64,000 nucleotides of DNA from an uncultured virus (IMG/VR IMGVR_UViG_3300017970_000189) (Duplodnaviria; Heunggongvirae; Uroviricota; Caudoviricetes), in the IMG/VR virus record IMGVR_UViG_3300017970_000189; one strand, written 5' to 3'. The translations under genes and the position numbers were made by a program. Every line of letters starts with the position of its first letter. Within the stretch, counting starts at the first letter, position 1. Below the pieces are notes generated by a model, which saw nothing but the letters and a program-made list of their open reading frames with translations, was not told the DNA's origin and searched no databases. Below are positions 45,721 to 55,953 of the stretch, one piece after another.

Positions 45721-46568
45721 CAGGCAATCCGGAGCATCATTCTCATGTCATTGCCGTTCACGGGCGCCACGGTGGTCCGGAAGGTTCCCACTGTCGAATC
45801 GTCGAGCGCCACCGGTTTAATGCTGCCCGTTCCCACGGAGATGTCCGTAACATAGGTCTGATAGGTGCGTCCACCCCAAACCAGCTTCGAACTGGGAAGG
45901 ATGAGAATATCCATGGGGAAAAACTGGAGATTTCCTTGGAAATCTACCAGACCCACATCGGCCGATATCGATTGACCGACACTCCGAACTCGTTCCCGGT
46001 TTGTTGAAACCCCGTTTTCGATCGCAAACCACTGATCGAAGACCGTCACCTGGCCGTCGAACGTGCCGGAGGAATTTCCCGTTCCGGTGCCTAGTACATA
46101 GGAGTTAAGCGAACCCAGGGCATAAGGGCTCGGCTCGATCATCATCGCGGCGCAATAGTACGGCGTCGTGCCGGACCGGAGCGCCTCGATGAAACAGTGA
46201 TACTGTCCCGTGTAGTAATTGATCGTATCGGCCGGAGTGCCGTCGATGCTGATGCCGCGGGAGCATACCGTCACGCTGTTCTGGTCGACCACGGTCCAGG
46301 AAAGCGCCGTCGTGCTGACCACGGTCACCGTGAGGACCAAGAACCGGCCGGCCGAATCGACCGGAGACTTGAACGTGGCGGCGGTATAGTTCGGGGCCGT
46401 TCCGGTCGACGAGACCAGGGTCCATAGAGGGTTTTGCGGCACGATGGGCGACGGCGGGGTGGGATTGGTGAGCACGTTTACCAGATCGTTGATGATCTGG
46501 CTCACGTTCGTCACGTCGTCGTCGGAATAGAAGAAAAAACTGGACAGCAGGAAATTCGGGATCGTCAT
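45720..46568 (-). CDS. Beta-rich structural-type protein, paralog of 46565..47380
   Basis: Start moved to ATG 46568 (ATGA overlap); shared NVSQII.D, SPVD..GRF, NYYTGQ.H, GL.D..GNLQ.FP.D. Confidence 0.75.
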   Translation of the reverse strand: MTIPNFLLSSFFFYSDDDVTNVSQIINDLVNVLTNPTPPSPIVPQNPLWTLVSSTGTAPNYTAATFKSPVDSAGRFLVLTVTVVSTTALSWTVVDQNSVTVCSRGISIDGTPADTINYYTGQYHCFIEALRSGTTPYYCAAMMIEPSPYALGSLNSYVLGTGTGNSSGTFDGQVTVFDQWFAIENGVSTNRERVRSVGQSISADVGLVDFQGNLQFFPMDILILPSSKLVWGGRTYQTYVTDISVGTGSIKPVALDDSTVGTFRTTVAPVNGNDMRMMLRIA

Positions 46569-47380
46569 GCGACTCTTACTAGGACTATCGTCCCATCGCT
46601 CTCGGTCAATCCGGTAATCGCCTTGAATGTTCCAAGGACCAGCCCGGTCGTATCGATCGGAATGGTCCGCGTCGTGCCGGCCGCGATGCTCGAATCGCCG
46701 ACATAAGCCTGATACTGACGTCCGATCCAGCGGTTCGTTCCGGAAATGTTGGCGAACATGTCGGCCGGAAAATACTGAAGATTTCCGGCTCCGTCCTTGA
46801 GGCCGATATTTCCGACCGAAACCGTCTGGCCCCACGCCCGGATCCTCTGCTGCTGCTGGGCGGTCCCGTTGTCGAGCATGAATTCCTGGGAAACCGTGCT
46901 GCCCTGTCCGTCGTTCGTGCCGCCGCTGTTCCGGAAGGCATTCGCCCAGACGTAGTCCGGGATCGCATTCTGGGCCAGCGGCGTCTCGTCCAGAATCCCC
47001 GCCTGGAAGACCTCAGCGCCGCCGGGACCGCCGCCCGAGGTATTGAAGCTCTCGATCCAGGCGTGGAACTGCCCGGTGTAGTAGTTCACCGTCGTGTTCC
47101 CGGTCGAATTGATCTCGATCGACCTGGTGATGATGGTCACGTTGTTCTGGTCGGTCACGGTGATCGTGAGCTGGGTCGACGACGTCGCGACCATCGTGAG
47201 CGTCATGAAGCGTCCGACGCCGTCCACGGGCGAGACGAAGACCCCGGTGCTCGGGTTGGTCCAAGCCGGGCTCTGGCCTGTTACCCGGGACTGGAAATCG
47301 GAGATGATCTGCGAAACATTGTTGACGGTCGAATCCGTAAAGAAATCGAAGCTCGACGCGAAGCAGGGGAAAGTCGTCAC
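46565..47380 (-). CDS. Beta-rich structural-type protein, paralog of 45720..46568
   Basis: GTG start overlapping the collagen gene 3 stop; Thr/Ser/Asn-rich; motifs shared with its paralog. Confidence 0.75.
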   Translation of the reverse strand: MTTFPCFASSFDFFTDSTVNNVSQIISDFQSRVTGQSPAWTNPSTGVFVSPVDGVGRFMTLTMVATSSTQLTITVTDQNNVTIITRSIEINSTGNTTVNYYTGQFHAWIESFNTSGGGPGGAEVFQAGILDETPLAQNAIPDYVWANAFRNSGGTNDGQGSTVSQEFMLDNGTAQQQQRIRAWGQTVSVGNIGLKDGAGNLQYFPADMFANISGTNRWIGRQYQAYVGDSSIAAGTTRTIPIDTTGLVLGTFKAITGLTESDGTIVLVRVA

Positions 47381-48618
47381 GTTGCCCTCACATACATCGA
47401 AGCCGTTTCACCGATCGTGGTCGTTCCCACCTGGATGATCTGGGCGGTCACTGGAGTGCCCGCAGGAATGGTCACTGCCGAAATCGTGAGCGTTCCGCTC
47501 GTGTTCCCCGCCGCGACCGTCACGACGCCGAGCGACGTCGCTCCATAGAAGAATTGAACTTGGACCGACTGCCCCTGCGGAGCCTGCTGGAGATAAACGT
47601 CGAGCTCGGTGGTCGTAACCGGAACCGTTTGCACTTCGACAGGAATAAGCTGGTTCTGGATCGTTGAGAGCGTGCCGGAGAAGACGAAGAGGAAGTCTAC
47701 ACCGCTCGTCCCGCCGCCGCCCGTGCCGGTGGCACCCTGGATCCCAGTCGCGCCTTGAATGCCCGCTCCCGTTGCCCCTTGCACCCCGGTAGCGCCTTGG
47801 ACTCCGGTAACCCCCTGTTGGCCGGTCGCACCCTGAATGCCGGCTCCGGTCTGTCCCTGTACGCCGGTCTGGCCCTGGACCCCTTGTACGCCCGTCTCGC
47901 CTTGGGCACCCGCACCGGGACCGGTAACGCCTTGGAGGCCGGTGACGCCTTGAACACCTGCGCCCGTCGAGCCTTGGGCACCCGTCTGGCCTTGCGAACC
48001 CGTTGAGCCTTGCACTCCAGTCGCACCCTGGATCCCGGTGCCCGTCTGACCCTGAATTCCCGTCTGGCCCTGAGTTCCCTGCGTTCCGGTCGCTCCCTGC
48101 GTCCCGGTCCCCGTTTGACCTTGAATGCCGGTCGCACCTTGGGATCCAGGAACTCCCTGTGGACCTTGAGTACCGGTCGCTCCTTGCGTTCCGGCTCCAG
48201 TCGACCCCTGAATGCCGGTCTGGCCCTGCGTGCCTGGAGTTCCCGTCGCTCCCTGCGTCCCGGCTCCGGTCGTCCCTTGCGGGCCGGTCTCGCCACGAAC
48301 TCCGGTGGCTCCCTGAGCACCGGTGACCCCAGCTTCTCCTCCGGAAGGTCCCGTGACACCTTGGGGACCGGTAGAGCCACCCGCGGTTCCGGTAACGCCC
48401 TGGGGTCCTTGCGGACCTTGTGCGCCCGGGGGACCGACTCCGCCGCCGCCTCCCGAAACAAACGGGAAACCGGCAAGCGCGGAACGGCCAATGACCGGAT
48501 TGATGATGGGAAGGAGCTCCTGGAGCTCCATGAAGTCCTGGCCGGTGAGCGACGTGTCAGAATAGAGAATCCGACCGTCGGTGAATTGGACCAGGCCATT
48601 CGCGAGGATCTTGGCCAA
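47377..48618 (-). CDS. Collagen-like fibre protein 3 (head type B)
   Basis: Constant N-terminus; GXT/GXQ triplets; unrelated C-terminal domain. Confidence 0.9.
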   Translation of the reverse strand: MAKILANGLVQFTDGRILYSDTSLTGQDFMELQELLPIINPVIGRSALAGFPFVSGGGGGVGPPGAQGPQGPQGVTGTAGGSTGPQGVTGPSGGEAGVTGAQGATGVRGETGPQGTTGAGTQGATGTPGTQGQTGIQGSTGAGTQGATGTQGPQGVPGSQGATGIQGQTGTGTQGATGTQGTQGQTGIQGQTGTGIQGATGVQGSTGSQGQTGAQGSTGAGVQGVTGLQGVTGPGAGAQGETGVQGVQGQTGVQGQTGAGIQGATGQQGVTGVQGATGVQGATGAGIQGATGIQGATGTGGGGTSGVDFLFVFSGTLSTIQNQLIPVEVQTVPVTTTELDVYLQQAPQGQSVQVQFFYGATSLGVVTVAAGNTSGTLTISAVTIPAGTPVTAQIIQVGTTTIGETASMYVRAT

Positions 48619-48706
48619 AATGGCTCTCCGTTAAGAGAGCCAGAGGAGGGGGAGGGGAGCCTCCGGCGGATCAACAAATTCTACTTCGCGTCGGCATCAA
48701 TTACAA
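48619..48706 (-). promoter_or_regulatory. Promoter (TTGTAA-N17-TAGAAT) plus structured 5' leader, copy 3
   Basis: Same leader (TTAACG loop); different promoter sequence, same spacing. Confidence 0.85.
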
Positions 48707-48711
48707 GAGAT

Positions 48712-49365
48712 TCAGAATTTACGGGAGAGCAGCACTCCCGCGATGACCGCAATCGAAATTCCTCCGACTATCCATGCTGCAGTTGGAATCTCCGGTGCCT
48801 TTGCAGGAGCGCCCGGCGCAGCCGGAGCCAAGGGAGTTGCAGGACTCGAAGGCGCCCGAGCGGGCGCAGGAGCCACCACGGTTGAAGATGGAGGCGCTGG
48901 AGCAGGAGCTGGAGATGTCGGAACGGGAGCTGGCACCGGAGCAGCCTGAGCTGGGGCAGAAACTGGAGCAGCCTGGGCAGCCGCCTGCGGAAACGTGCTC
49001 GCGATCGCCGAAAGGAGATCGTTCTTACTCAGAATCCCTTCCAGCCGGTTCATCTCCTGGCCGCTCTGAAGAAACAGCGTCGTTGGAATCGACTGAATGT
49101 TAAATTGGGAGACCAGGCTTGGATTTTCATCTACGTTCGCCGTCACCATGAGGATGCCTCCAGGAGGCGACGAGGAGACATCCTCGAAGACGGGCTTATA
49201 CTTCATGCAGGGAACGCAGGTCGAGCTCCAGAAATCCACGATGGCGAGCGGCGCGCTCAAGACCTGTCCGGAATTGTCGTCCGTCACACCGGTCCCCAGG
49301 AACCTGCGCCGCGGACGATAAGACCGGGCGAGAGGCACCTGTCCCAACCAGGGAGACCCAAGCAT
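48712..49365 (-). CDS. Thioredoxin-domain protein with LGQ leader, Pro/Ala linker and C-terminal TM anchor
   Basis: IVDFWSSTCVPC...VDENP.L...F.IQSIPT; PWLGQ; tail AAWIVGGISIAVIAGVLLSRKF. Confidence 0.88.
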   Translation of the reverse strand: MLGSPWLGQVPLARSYRPRRRFLGTGVTDDNSGQVLSAPLAIVDFWSSTCVPCMKYKPVFEDVSSSPPGGILMVTANVDENPSLVSQFNIQSIPTTLFLQSGQEMNRLEGILSKNDLLSAIASTFPQAAAQAAPVSAPAQAAPVPAPVPTSPAPAPAPPSSTVVAPAPARAPSSPATPLAPAAPGAPAKAPEIPTAAWIVGGISIAVIAGVLLSRKF

Positions 49366-49638
49366 GACGAGCCTCCTATTTGCCGATGACCCTCATGACA
49401 TCGAGGAGGCTTTCCTCGCGCGTGGCCGGACGATGATCCGCCGAAGTGGCTGGGAAGGCATAGGTATAGACAACCCGAAACTTCTTGTTGGGAAAGACGG
49501 TCTTGCTGAAATGGTCGATGATGAGCGGCCTCCGGTACTTCGGATTCTTCAGAGGCTCGGACTGAACCACGACATGATCATGATCAGGCGCCTTCATGAT
49601 CGCATCCCTGACCTTCCGCTCGCTAGGCGTCGTGATCA

Positions 49639-50151
49639 TTAAGTCACCGTAAAGACGATCGTGATGTTTACGCCGCCGTTCTCAAACTGTCCGGTCTCGA
49701 CAACGGAGATTCCTTCTCCGGCATTGAGAACGATCGGCGACATTTCGATATCGCCAATCATTCTAAACAGATCTTCCGGAACATCGTTGATGGTGCCTAT
49801 CGTCGTTCCGGTGCCTAGAAACGCGCTAGAGGAGGTACTGAGACCCAGAGGATTACCGATTGCGGTCGCCGAAGTGGGATTGATCTGAGCCGTGACTTCC
49901 ACAGGAAGAGCGGTATTCGTCGAATCGAAGGCTTCCGGAGAAACGACCGTTCCTCCTGAAGGAGCCGCATCGATCTTGCGAAGAGAGAAATCCATGAAGA
50001 TGTCCTGTCCTCCCACCAGGGAGGCCGTGACCGCCATGATGCTGATGGTGATGCCGCTCCCAGATCCATTGAATAGGGCTACCAAGATGGAATTCAGACC
50101 CGAAGAGTCAGGATCGACGGAGATGACCCAAGTTTGCTGTCTTGCAACCAC
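49639..50151 (-). CDS. Stand-alone paralog of the collagen 4 head domain (type C')
   Basis: ARQQTWV...[15 protein letters not shown]...[17 protein letters not shown]...[11 protein letters not shown] aligns with the C-terminus of 50162..51568. Confidence 0.85.
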   Translation of the reverse strand: MVARQQTWVISVDPDSSGLNSILVALFNGSGSGITISIMAVTASLVGGQDIFMDFSLRKIDAAPSGGTVVSPEAFDSTNTALPVEVTAQINPTSATAIGNPLGLSTSSSAFLGTGTTIGTINDVPEDLFRMIGDIEMSPIVLNAGEGISVVETGQFENGGVNITIVFTVT

Positions 50152-50161
50152 GAGCCACTCA

Positions 50162-51568
50162 CTAAGTGACCGTAAAGATGATCGTCACATTCATACCGCC
50201 GGCTTCAAAGTTAGCGCTCGAAACGACGGAAACTCCTTCTCCGGTATTGAGCACGATCGGCGACATTTCGACGTCGGGAATCATCCGGAAGAGATACCTG
50301 GGCACATCGTTCGTCTGGCCGACCGCCGGAGAGGTGCCCTGGAAGGCCGCCTGAGACGCGCTCCTTCCCAGAGGATTGCCGATCACCGTAGCTCCTCCGG
50401 TCGGGTTGATCTGGGCCGTAACCTGCACGGGGAGAGCGGTATTGGTCGAATCGTAGGCTTCCGCAGAGACGACGGTTCCTCCCGTGGGAGCCGAGTCGAT
50501 TTTATTGAGGACGGCATCTACAAATTCGTCCTGGCCACCCACTATCGAAACGGCCACCGACATGATGCTGATCGTAATTCCGCTGCCAGAAGCGTTGAAC
50601 AGCGCAAGCATGGTGATGCCGGCACCGGAATCCGGGCTGGTCGCGAGCACCCAGGTGGCTTGTCTCGCGATCGAGGATCCTCCGCCCGGTCCCGTGGCAC
50701 CCTGAGGCCCGGTCGCGCCCTGAGAGCCTGTATTGCCGGTGTTGCCTTGAACGCCCGTGGCTCCTTGCACGCCTGTGGCGCCCTGGATTCCGGCTCCGGT
50801 TGATCCCTGAACGCCGGTCGTGCCTTGCACGCCCTGGACGCCCGTAGCGCCCTGGATCCCCGCGCCTGTCTGGCCCTGGACGCCCGTCTGGCCTTGAACT
50901 CCCTGGACGCCGGTGACACCTTGTTCCCCGGCGCCAGGTCCGGTCACTCCCTGAATGCCCGTCGAGCCCTGAATACCGGCGCCAGTCTGGCCTTCCACTC
51001 CGGTCTGGCCTTGCACGCCCTGGACGCCCGTGGCGCCCTGGATCCCAGCGCCGGTCTGGCCCTGAATTCCCGTCTGGCCCTGCACTCCTTGAGTGCCGGT
51101 CTGACCCTGAACCCCGGCGCCTGTGGATCCCTGGATGCCCGTCTGACCTTGGGTCCCCTGAGTGCCGGTCTGGCCTTGTACGCCTGCACCGGTAGTTCCT
51201 TGGATGCCGGTAGTGCCCTGGGCTCCCGTCATGCCCTGAGGTCCTTGGGCTCCGGTGGCTCCTACTTCCCCAGTGGTTGGCCCCGTGACGCCTTGCGGAC
51301 CGGTGGCACCCTGCGGTCCCGTTCCGCCGCCAGCGATCCCAGTGACTCCCTGAGGACCGGTCTGACCCTGTGCTCCTTGAGGACCTACTCCGCCACCGCC
51401 TCCCGAAACGAAGGGGAAACCGGCTAGCGCGGAACGGCTGATGACCGGATTGATGACGGGAAGGAGCTCCTGAAGCTCCATGAAGTCCTGGCCGGTGACG
51501 ACCATGTCGGAATAGAGAATCCGACCGTCGGTAAATTGGACCAGGCCATTCGCGAGGATCTTGGCCAA
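50162..51568 (-). CDS. Collagen-like fibre protein 4 (head type C)
   Basis: Constant N-terminus; long GXT/GXQ stalk; ~165-aa beta-rich head. Confidence 0.9.
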   Translation of the reverse strand: MAKILANGLVQFTDGRILYSDMVVTGQDFMELQELLPVINPVISRSALAGFPFVSGGGGGVGPQGAQGQTGPQGVTGIAGGGTGPQGATGPQGVTGPTTGEVGATGAQGPQGMTGAQGTTGIQGTTGAGVQGQTGTQGTQGQTGIQGSTGAGVQGQTGTQGVQGQTGIQGQTGAGIQGATGVQGVQGQTGVEGQTGAGIQGSTGIQGVTGPGAGEQGVTGVQGVQGQTGVQGQTGAGIQGATGVQGVQGTTGVQGSTGAGIQGATGVQGATGVQGNTGNTGSQGATGPQGATGPGGGSSIARQATWVLATSPDSGAGITMLALFNASGSGITISIMSVAVSIVGGQDEFVDAVLNKIDSAPTGGTVVSAEAYDSTNTALPVQVTAQINPTGGATVIGNPLGRSASQAAFQGTSPAVGQTNDVPRYLFRMIPDVEMSPIVLNTGEGVSVVSSANFEAGGMNVTIIFTVT

Positions 51569-51653
51569 AATGGCTCTCCGTAGAGAGCCAGAGGAGGGGG
51601 AGGGGACCTCCGGCGGACTTTCTAATGGTAGCCCAAAACTTCCAAAAAAGCTA
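51569..51653 (-). promoter_or_regulatory. Promoter (TAGCTT-N17-TACCAT) plus structured 5' leader, copy 4
   Basis: Same leader with cTACGg loop. Confidence 0.85.
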
Positions 51654-51667
51654 TCTTTTCTACTCGA

Positions 51668-53353
51668 TCAGGTGAGCTGAATCATGACGATTCCAGCATT
51701 TCCAGGGGATCCGGTTCCCCCATTGGTAAACCCGAGTCCTCCAGTACCCCCTGCTCCGCCGCTTGCCGTTACGGTAGGCCCTGGAGGTCCCCAGTAGATG
51801 GCAATCCCCCCGGGACCGCCGCCTCCACCGCCCCCGCCGCCGGCGTCGCTGGCAGCCCCGTTAAAGGCATTCGAACCGTTCCCACCGGCGCCGCCATTGG
51901 CGGAAACCGTCCAGGAAGGGCTTCCGGAACCGAGGGCAACCAACACGAGGCAACCTCCGCCGCCTCCTCCTCCGCCTCCTCCCGAGCTGGCGAGAGAGAC
52001 CCCAGCGCCAGAAGAGGCACCACCGGCTGCACCCGCGCCGCCGCTAAGAGGAGGGAGAATCGAGGCGGCACCGCCTCCTCCTCCGCCTCCTCCTTGATCA
52101 AACCCGGTACTTGGCGAATTCCCGCCGCCGCCTCCTCCGCCTGCACCGGCTTGCGCCGCGAAAGACTTGAAATCCGTAGCTCCGGTCCAGTTTGCCGTAG
52201 GCCCGGCAACCACCGGGATATTGAGAAGATCCAGCAATCCCGACGCAAAATTAAGACCCATGAAGAGAGAGTTATAGGAGGGATTGATCCCGATTCCGGG
52301 AACTCCACCCGCACCGCCACTGTTTCCATTACCGGAGCCCGTCCCGCCAAATGCGTTCAGTTGCGGGCTGATTTGTCTTCCAAAAAGCTGAACATTTCCA
52401 AGGACTCCGTTTCCAGTATCTCCACCCCCTTCACCGGCCAATCCCAGTGCTCCAGGAGTCGCTGCCGCGCCTGCGCTTCCATTTGCATTGATGGAGCCAG
52501 GATCTCCATTCGGAGCATGCGCGGCAAAGACCCAGACGGCGCCGAATCCGTTGCCCCCCGTGCCGCCTGCACTTGGCCCCGGATTCAAGTTACCCAGTCC
52601 CCCTCCGCCAACTCCGGGAGTCGCAATGGTGAAGTTGGTCGCCGTGATCGTACCGCCTGCCAAGGTGAGCGTGCCGGAAACGAAAATGACGACCAAAGCA
52701 TCATTGGCAAACTGGGTCAGCGTGTGTCCCGCCAGATTCAAGCTGGAGTATTGGACCGTCCAGGCATATTGGACGAGCGTCGTGTTTGCGACCAGAGTGA
52801 GCGATCCATCAATACCCGCGCCGAAGAGATAGGTAGGAACCGCGGTTCCAGCGACGCCCTGGGGTCCGGTTTGTCCTTGAGCCCCTGTAGTTCCAGGAAT
52901 TCCTTGAGTCCCCGTGCTTCCCTGTGTTCCGCCTCCGGTGGGCCCCTGGATGCCGGTCTGGCCACTCGGTCCTTGAGCCCCGGTCACGCCCGGTCCCCCT
53001 GCTCCGATACGTCCTTGGGCTCCCGTCGCTCCTTGCGGACCCTGAGCGCCCGTTCCTCCTGGAGCACCCGCCGAGGGGCCCGTCACGCCCGGGATCCCCG
53101 TCACCCCTTCTGGACCGGTCCCGCCCGCACCGACCCCGGTCACCCCTTGTGGGCCCTGCTGACCGGGCGCTCCAGCTCCTCCCCCTCCGCCAGTAAAGGG
53201 AAACCCTGCCAGCCCCGAACGGCCGATGAGCGGATTGATCTTAGGCAGGAGCTCTTGAAGCTCCATGAAATCCTGGCCGGTGACCGCCGTATCGGAATAG
53301 AGAATCCGGCCGTCGCTAAATTGTATCAGACCATTGGCGAGGATCTGAGCCAA
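51668..53353 (-). CDS. Collagen-like fibre protein 5 (short stalk, glycine-rich head type D)
   Basis: MAQILANGLIQF N-terminus; [11 protein letters not shown] then poly-Gly tracts. Confidence 0.9.
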   Translation of the reverse strand: MAQILANGLIQFSDGRILYSDTAVTGQDFMELQELLPKINPLIGRSGLAGFPFTGGGGGAGAPGQQGPQGVTGVGAGGTGPEGVTGIPGVTGPSAGAPGGTGAQGPQGATGAQGRIGAGGPGVTGAQGPSGQTGIQGPTGGGTQGSTGTQGIPGTTGAQGQTGPQGVAGTAVPTYLFGAGIDGSLTLVANTTLVQYAWTVQYSSLNLAGHTLTQFANDALVVIFVSGTLTLAGGTITATNFTIATPGVGGGGLGNLNPGPSAGGTGGNGFGAVWVFAAHAPNGDPGSINANGSAGAAATPGALGLAGEGGGDTGNGVLGNVQLFGRQISPQLNAFGGTGSGNGNSGGAGGVPGIGINPSYNSLFMGLNFASGLLDLLNIPVVAGPTANWTGATDFKSFAAQAGAGGGGGGGNSPSTGFDQGGGGGGGGAASILPPLSGGAGAAGGASSGAGVSLASSGGGGGGGGGGCLVLVALGSGSPSWTVSANGGAGGNGSNAFNGAASDAGGGGGGGGGPGGIAIYWGPPGPTVTASGGAGGTGGLGFTNGGTGSPGNAGIVMIQLT

Positions 53354-53362
53354 GGGGTTCTC

Positions 53363-53557
53363 CTAGATCTTGCTGGGGAACCCTAAATTTCCGAAGGGCA
53401 CAGTTTTACTCGGGACCGGATTGGTCAGGAACGCGGGCTTTGGCTTGCAGTTGTCGCAGTATCCTTCCTGCTTTCTGACGGACTTGTACCTGAGATCGAT
53501 GTCTCCGTAGGCCAGGAGCGTGCCGCATTTCCCAAGACAATAAACTTTGTAGATCAT
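53363..53557 (-). CDS. Small zinc-ribbon protein
   Basis: CLGKC...CDNC; coupled to the upstream stop. Confidence 0.5.
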   Translation of the reverse strand: MIYKVYCLGKCGTLLAYGDIDLRYKSVRKQEGYCDNCKPKPAFLTNPVPSKTVPFGNLGFPSKI

Positions 53558-55227
53558 CAGGTCAGCATGACCATCGCGTATCCGGCAGCCCCGGCTCCTC
53601 CCGCGGTCCCGTTCTGGAATCCCAGTCCAGCGGCTCCTCCGGCCCCACCGGTGGCGGTCACCGTCGGCCCAGGAGGTCCCCAGTAGAGCGCGACCCCGCC
53701 AGGACCGCCGCCGCCACCACCGCCACCGCCGGCATCGCTGGAAGCCCCGTTAAAGGCGTTCGAACCCGCTCCGCCAGCACCGCCGTTTGCAGAGATCACC
53801 CACGACGGGCTTCCAGCGCCGAGCGCAACCAAGGCTACGGAACCGCCACCGCCTCCTCCGCCGCCTCCCCCTGAAGTCGCAAACGTCACCCCGGCGCCGG
53901 AAGAGTTCCCTCCAGCGCCGCCCGCCCCGCCGGCAAAACCTGGAATCAGGGAAGCCGCGCCGCCGCCACCGCCTCCGCCTCCCTGGTCAAAACCGGAACT
54001 TCCGGAATTTCCTGCGCCACCCCCGCCGCCAGCGCCGGATGCCGCTGCAAAAGCCTTGAAATCGTTGGCTCCGGTCCAATTTTGCGTTGGAGCCTGGACG
54101 ACCGGAAGATTGAGAAGATCGAACCATGCAGGCGCAAACCGGATCCCGATGGAGAGCGAATTGAAAGTAGGGCTAATTCCAGTTCCGCCGGCGCCACCGG
54201 CACCACCGGTATTCGTACTGGGATTGACTCCGGGGGACGCATTTGTTACGCCGATTCCATTCCCGTACATCAGAACAGCCCCGCTTGCTGAAGTTCCAGC
54301 GCCACCTCCGCCGTCACCGGACGCTCCTTGGGCCCCAGGAACCGCCGCTGCACCCGCGGCTCCATTCGCACTGATGAATCCCGGATCTCCGTTCGGAGCA
54401 TTGGCCGCAAAAACCCAGACGGATCCGTATCCCAGACCTCCCCCGCCGCCGGCGCCCGGTCCACCGGACACGCCGCGGCTGCCAACACCTCCAGTACCAG
54501 GAGTCGAAACCGAGTAGTTCGTCGCCGTGATCATCCCGCCGCCCAAAGTAAGCGTGCCGGAAACAAATATGGCGACCAGAGCATCGTTGGCAAACTGGGT
54601 CAAGGTGTGTCCGGCAAGATTCAAGTTCAAGTATTGGACAGTCCATTGATATTGGACGAGAGTGGTGTTCGCCACGAGGGTGAGCGAGCCATCGATGCCG
54701 CCGCCGAAGAAGTAGGAGGCGGCTCCTCCGCCGCTTTGGCCCTGGGTTCCGGTGGCTCCCTGGGCTCCGGTGGTTCCCTGGGCACCCGTGACCCCCTGCG
54801 ACCCGGCTCCGGTTTGTCCCTGAATGCCGGTCTGGCCCTGGGGTCCTTGAATCCCGGTCGCTCCGGGAGTTCCTGCGCCGGTCTGGCCCTGGATACCGGT
54901 CTGACCTTGAGGCCCTTGAACGCCCGTCGATCCTTGCTCGCCGGTCGTCGGTCCCGTCACCCCCTGAGGCCCGGTCACCCCCTGTGGGCCCGTGCCGCCA
55001 CCGGCAACTCCCGTGACGCCTTGAGCGCCAGGCGCTCCGGGCGTGCCCGCACCGCCGCCTCCGCTGACGAAGGGAAAGCCAGCCAGAGCGGAACGACCGA
55101 TGACCGGGTTGATCTTAGGTAGGAGCTCCTGGAGCTCCATGAAATCCTGGCCGGTAATGGGCGTGTCGGAATAGAGGATCCGACCGTCACTAAACTGCAC
55201 GAGACCGTTGCCCAGGATCTGCGCCAA
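53557..55227 (-). CDS. Collagen-like fibre protein 6 (glycine-rich head type D')
   Basis: Start moved to TTG 55227 to match the paralogs; head closely similar to gene 5. Confidence 0.9.
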   Translation of the reverse strand: MAQILGNGLVQFSDGRILYSDTPITGQDFMELQELLPKINPVIGRSALAGFPFVSGGGGAGTPGAPGAQGVTGVAGGGTGPQGVTGPQGVTGPTTGEQGSTGVQGPQGQTGIQGQTGAGTPGATGIQGPQGQTGIQGQTGAGSQGVTGAQGTTGAQGATGTQGQSGGGAASYFFGGGIDGSLTLVANTTLVQYQWTVQYLNLNLAGHTLTQFANDALVAIFVSGTLTLGGGMITATNYSVSTPGTGGVGSRGVSGGPGAGGGGGLGYGSVWVFAANAPNGDPGFISANGAAGAAAVPGAQGASGDGGGGAGTSASGAVLMYGNGIGVTNASPGVNPSTNTGGAGGAGGTGISPTFNSLSIGIRFAPAWFDLLNLPVVQAPTQNWTGANDFKAFAAASGAGGGGGAGNSGSSGFDQGGGGGGGGAASLIPGFAGGAGGAGGNSSGAGVTFATSGGGGGGGGGGSVALVALGAGSPSWVISANGGAGGAGSNAFNGASSDAGGGGGGGGGPGGVALYWGPPGPTVTATGGAGGAAGLGFQNGTAGGAGAAGYAMVMLT

Positions 55228-55237
55228 GGCCCCCCCT

Positions 55238-55939
55238 CTAGGATCTGAAGGCGAAGATGCCAAGAGTGATGGCGGCCAGCGCCCCGACGCCTATGAGAAC
55301 CGGACTGGGGCCTCCTCCCGCCGCAGGCTTGGCCGCCGCGGCCGCCGGAGCTTTCGCGCCTGCTGGCGCGGCCGGCGCGGGATGGCTCGTCATGAGGGCA
55401 TACTGGCCGTTGATCGCCTCCAGCCAGTTGGCGAGCGAAGCCTGCTCATCCGTCGTCATGAACCAGGCATCGCTGTTGTTCGTCTGGAGCCGCTGTTGGA
55501 GCGTGGTCACCGAATCATAGTTGTTGTTCGCCTCGTCCTGGAAGGCATTCCACCGGCCCAGATCCGGCCCGAGCAGGGTCTGGTAATCCGGATGGTTGTT
55601 CACCCAGGTCGCGACGGCGTTCATCTTGTCCTGGGCGGTCGCGATGGTCGACAGCGTCTTCGAACGGTCCACCGACTGGCCCAGCCTTCCCCCCAGGGGA
55701 TAGACCGGCTCGATCAGGGTCTCGCCATAATTCGGATAGGCGCATTCCGGCCCATAGGTTCCCGGACCGCAGAAGATCTCGCTACCAGCCCAGCCGCCGC
55801 GAGGGCCTCCGCGGGGACCGCCGCCTCCGCCGCCACCCCCGCGTCCCAAGCTGGATGGATGCGGCCAGAAGGCTTCCGGATGGCCGCCCAGGCCGAAGAC
55901 ATCCTGGTGCGCGAACCCCATGGTGAACAGCGTTTTCAT
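55238..55939 (-). CDS. LGQ-leader, tail-anchored helical protein (paralog of 41864 and 42405)
   Basis: Start moved to ATG 55939 (MKTLFTMGF, as in 42405); [14 protein letters not shown] core; C-terminal TM. Confidence 0.8.
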   Translation of the reverse strand: MKTLFTMGFAHQDVFGLGGHPEAFWPHPSSLGRGGGGGGGGPRGGPRGGWAGSEIFCGPGTYGPECAYPNYGETLIEPVYPLGGRLGQSVDRSKTLSTIATAQDKMNAVATWVNNHPDYQTLLGPDLGRWNAFQDEANNNYDSVTTLQQRLQTNNSDAWFMTTDEQASLANWLEAINGQYALMTSHPAPAAPAGAKAPAAAAAKPAAGGGPSPVLIGVGALAAITLGIFAFRS

Positions 55940-55953
55940 CTTTTTCCTCGCTA

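Noticed and set aside
42933..55227. Diversity-generating retroelement acting on the fibre heads
   Set aside because: No reverse transcriptase in the window, and differences between paralogs are not adenine-specific TR/VR-type changes
42933..55227. Invertase-driven shufflon
   Set aside because: All cassettes are complete genes on one strand; no inverted crossover sites or recombinase gene seen
30946..55939. GlyGly-CTERM/rhombosortase or PEP-CTERM sorting signals on the tail-anchored proteins
   Set aside because: Some tails have GG before the TM helix, but the proteins lack signal peptides and no rhomboid or exosortase gene is in the window
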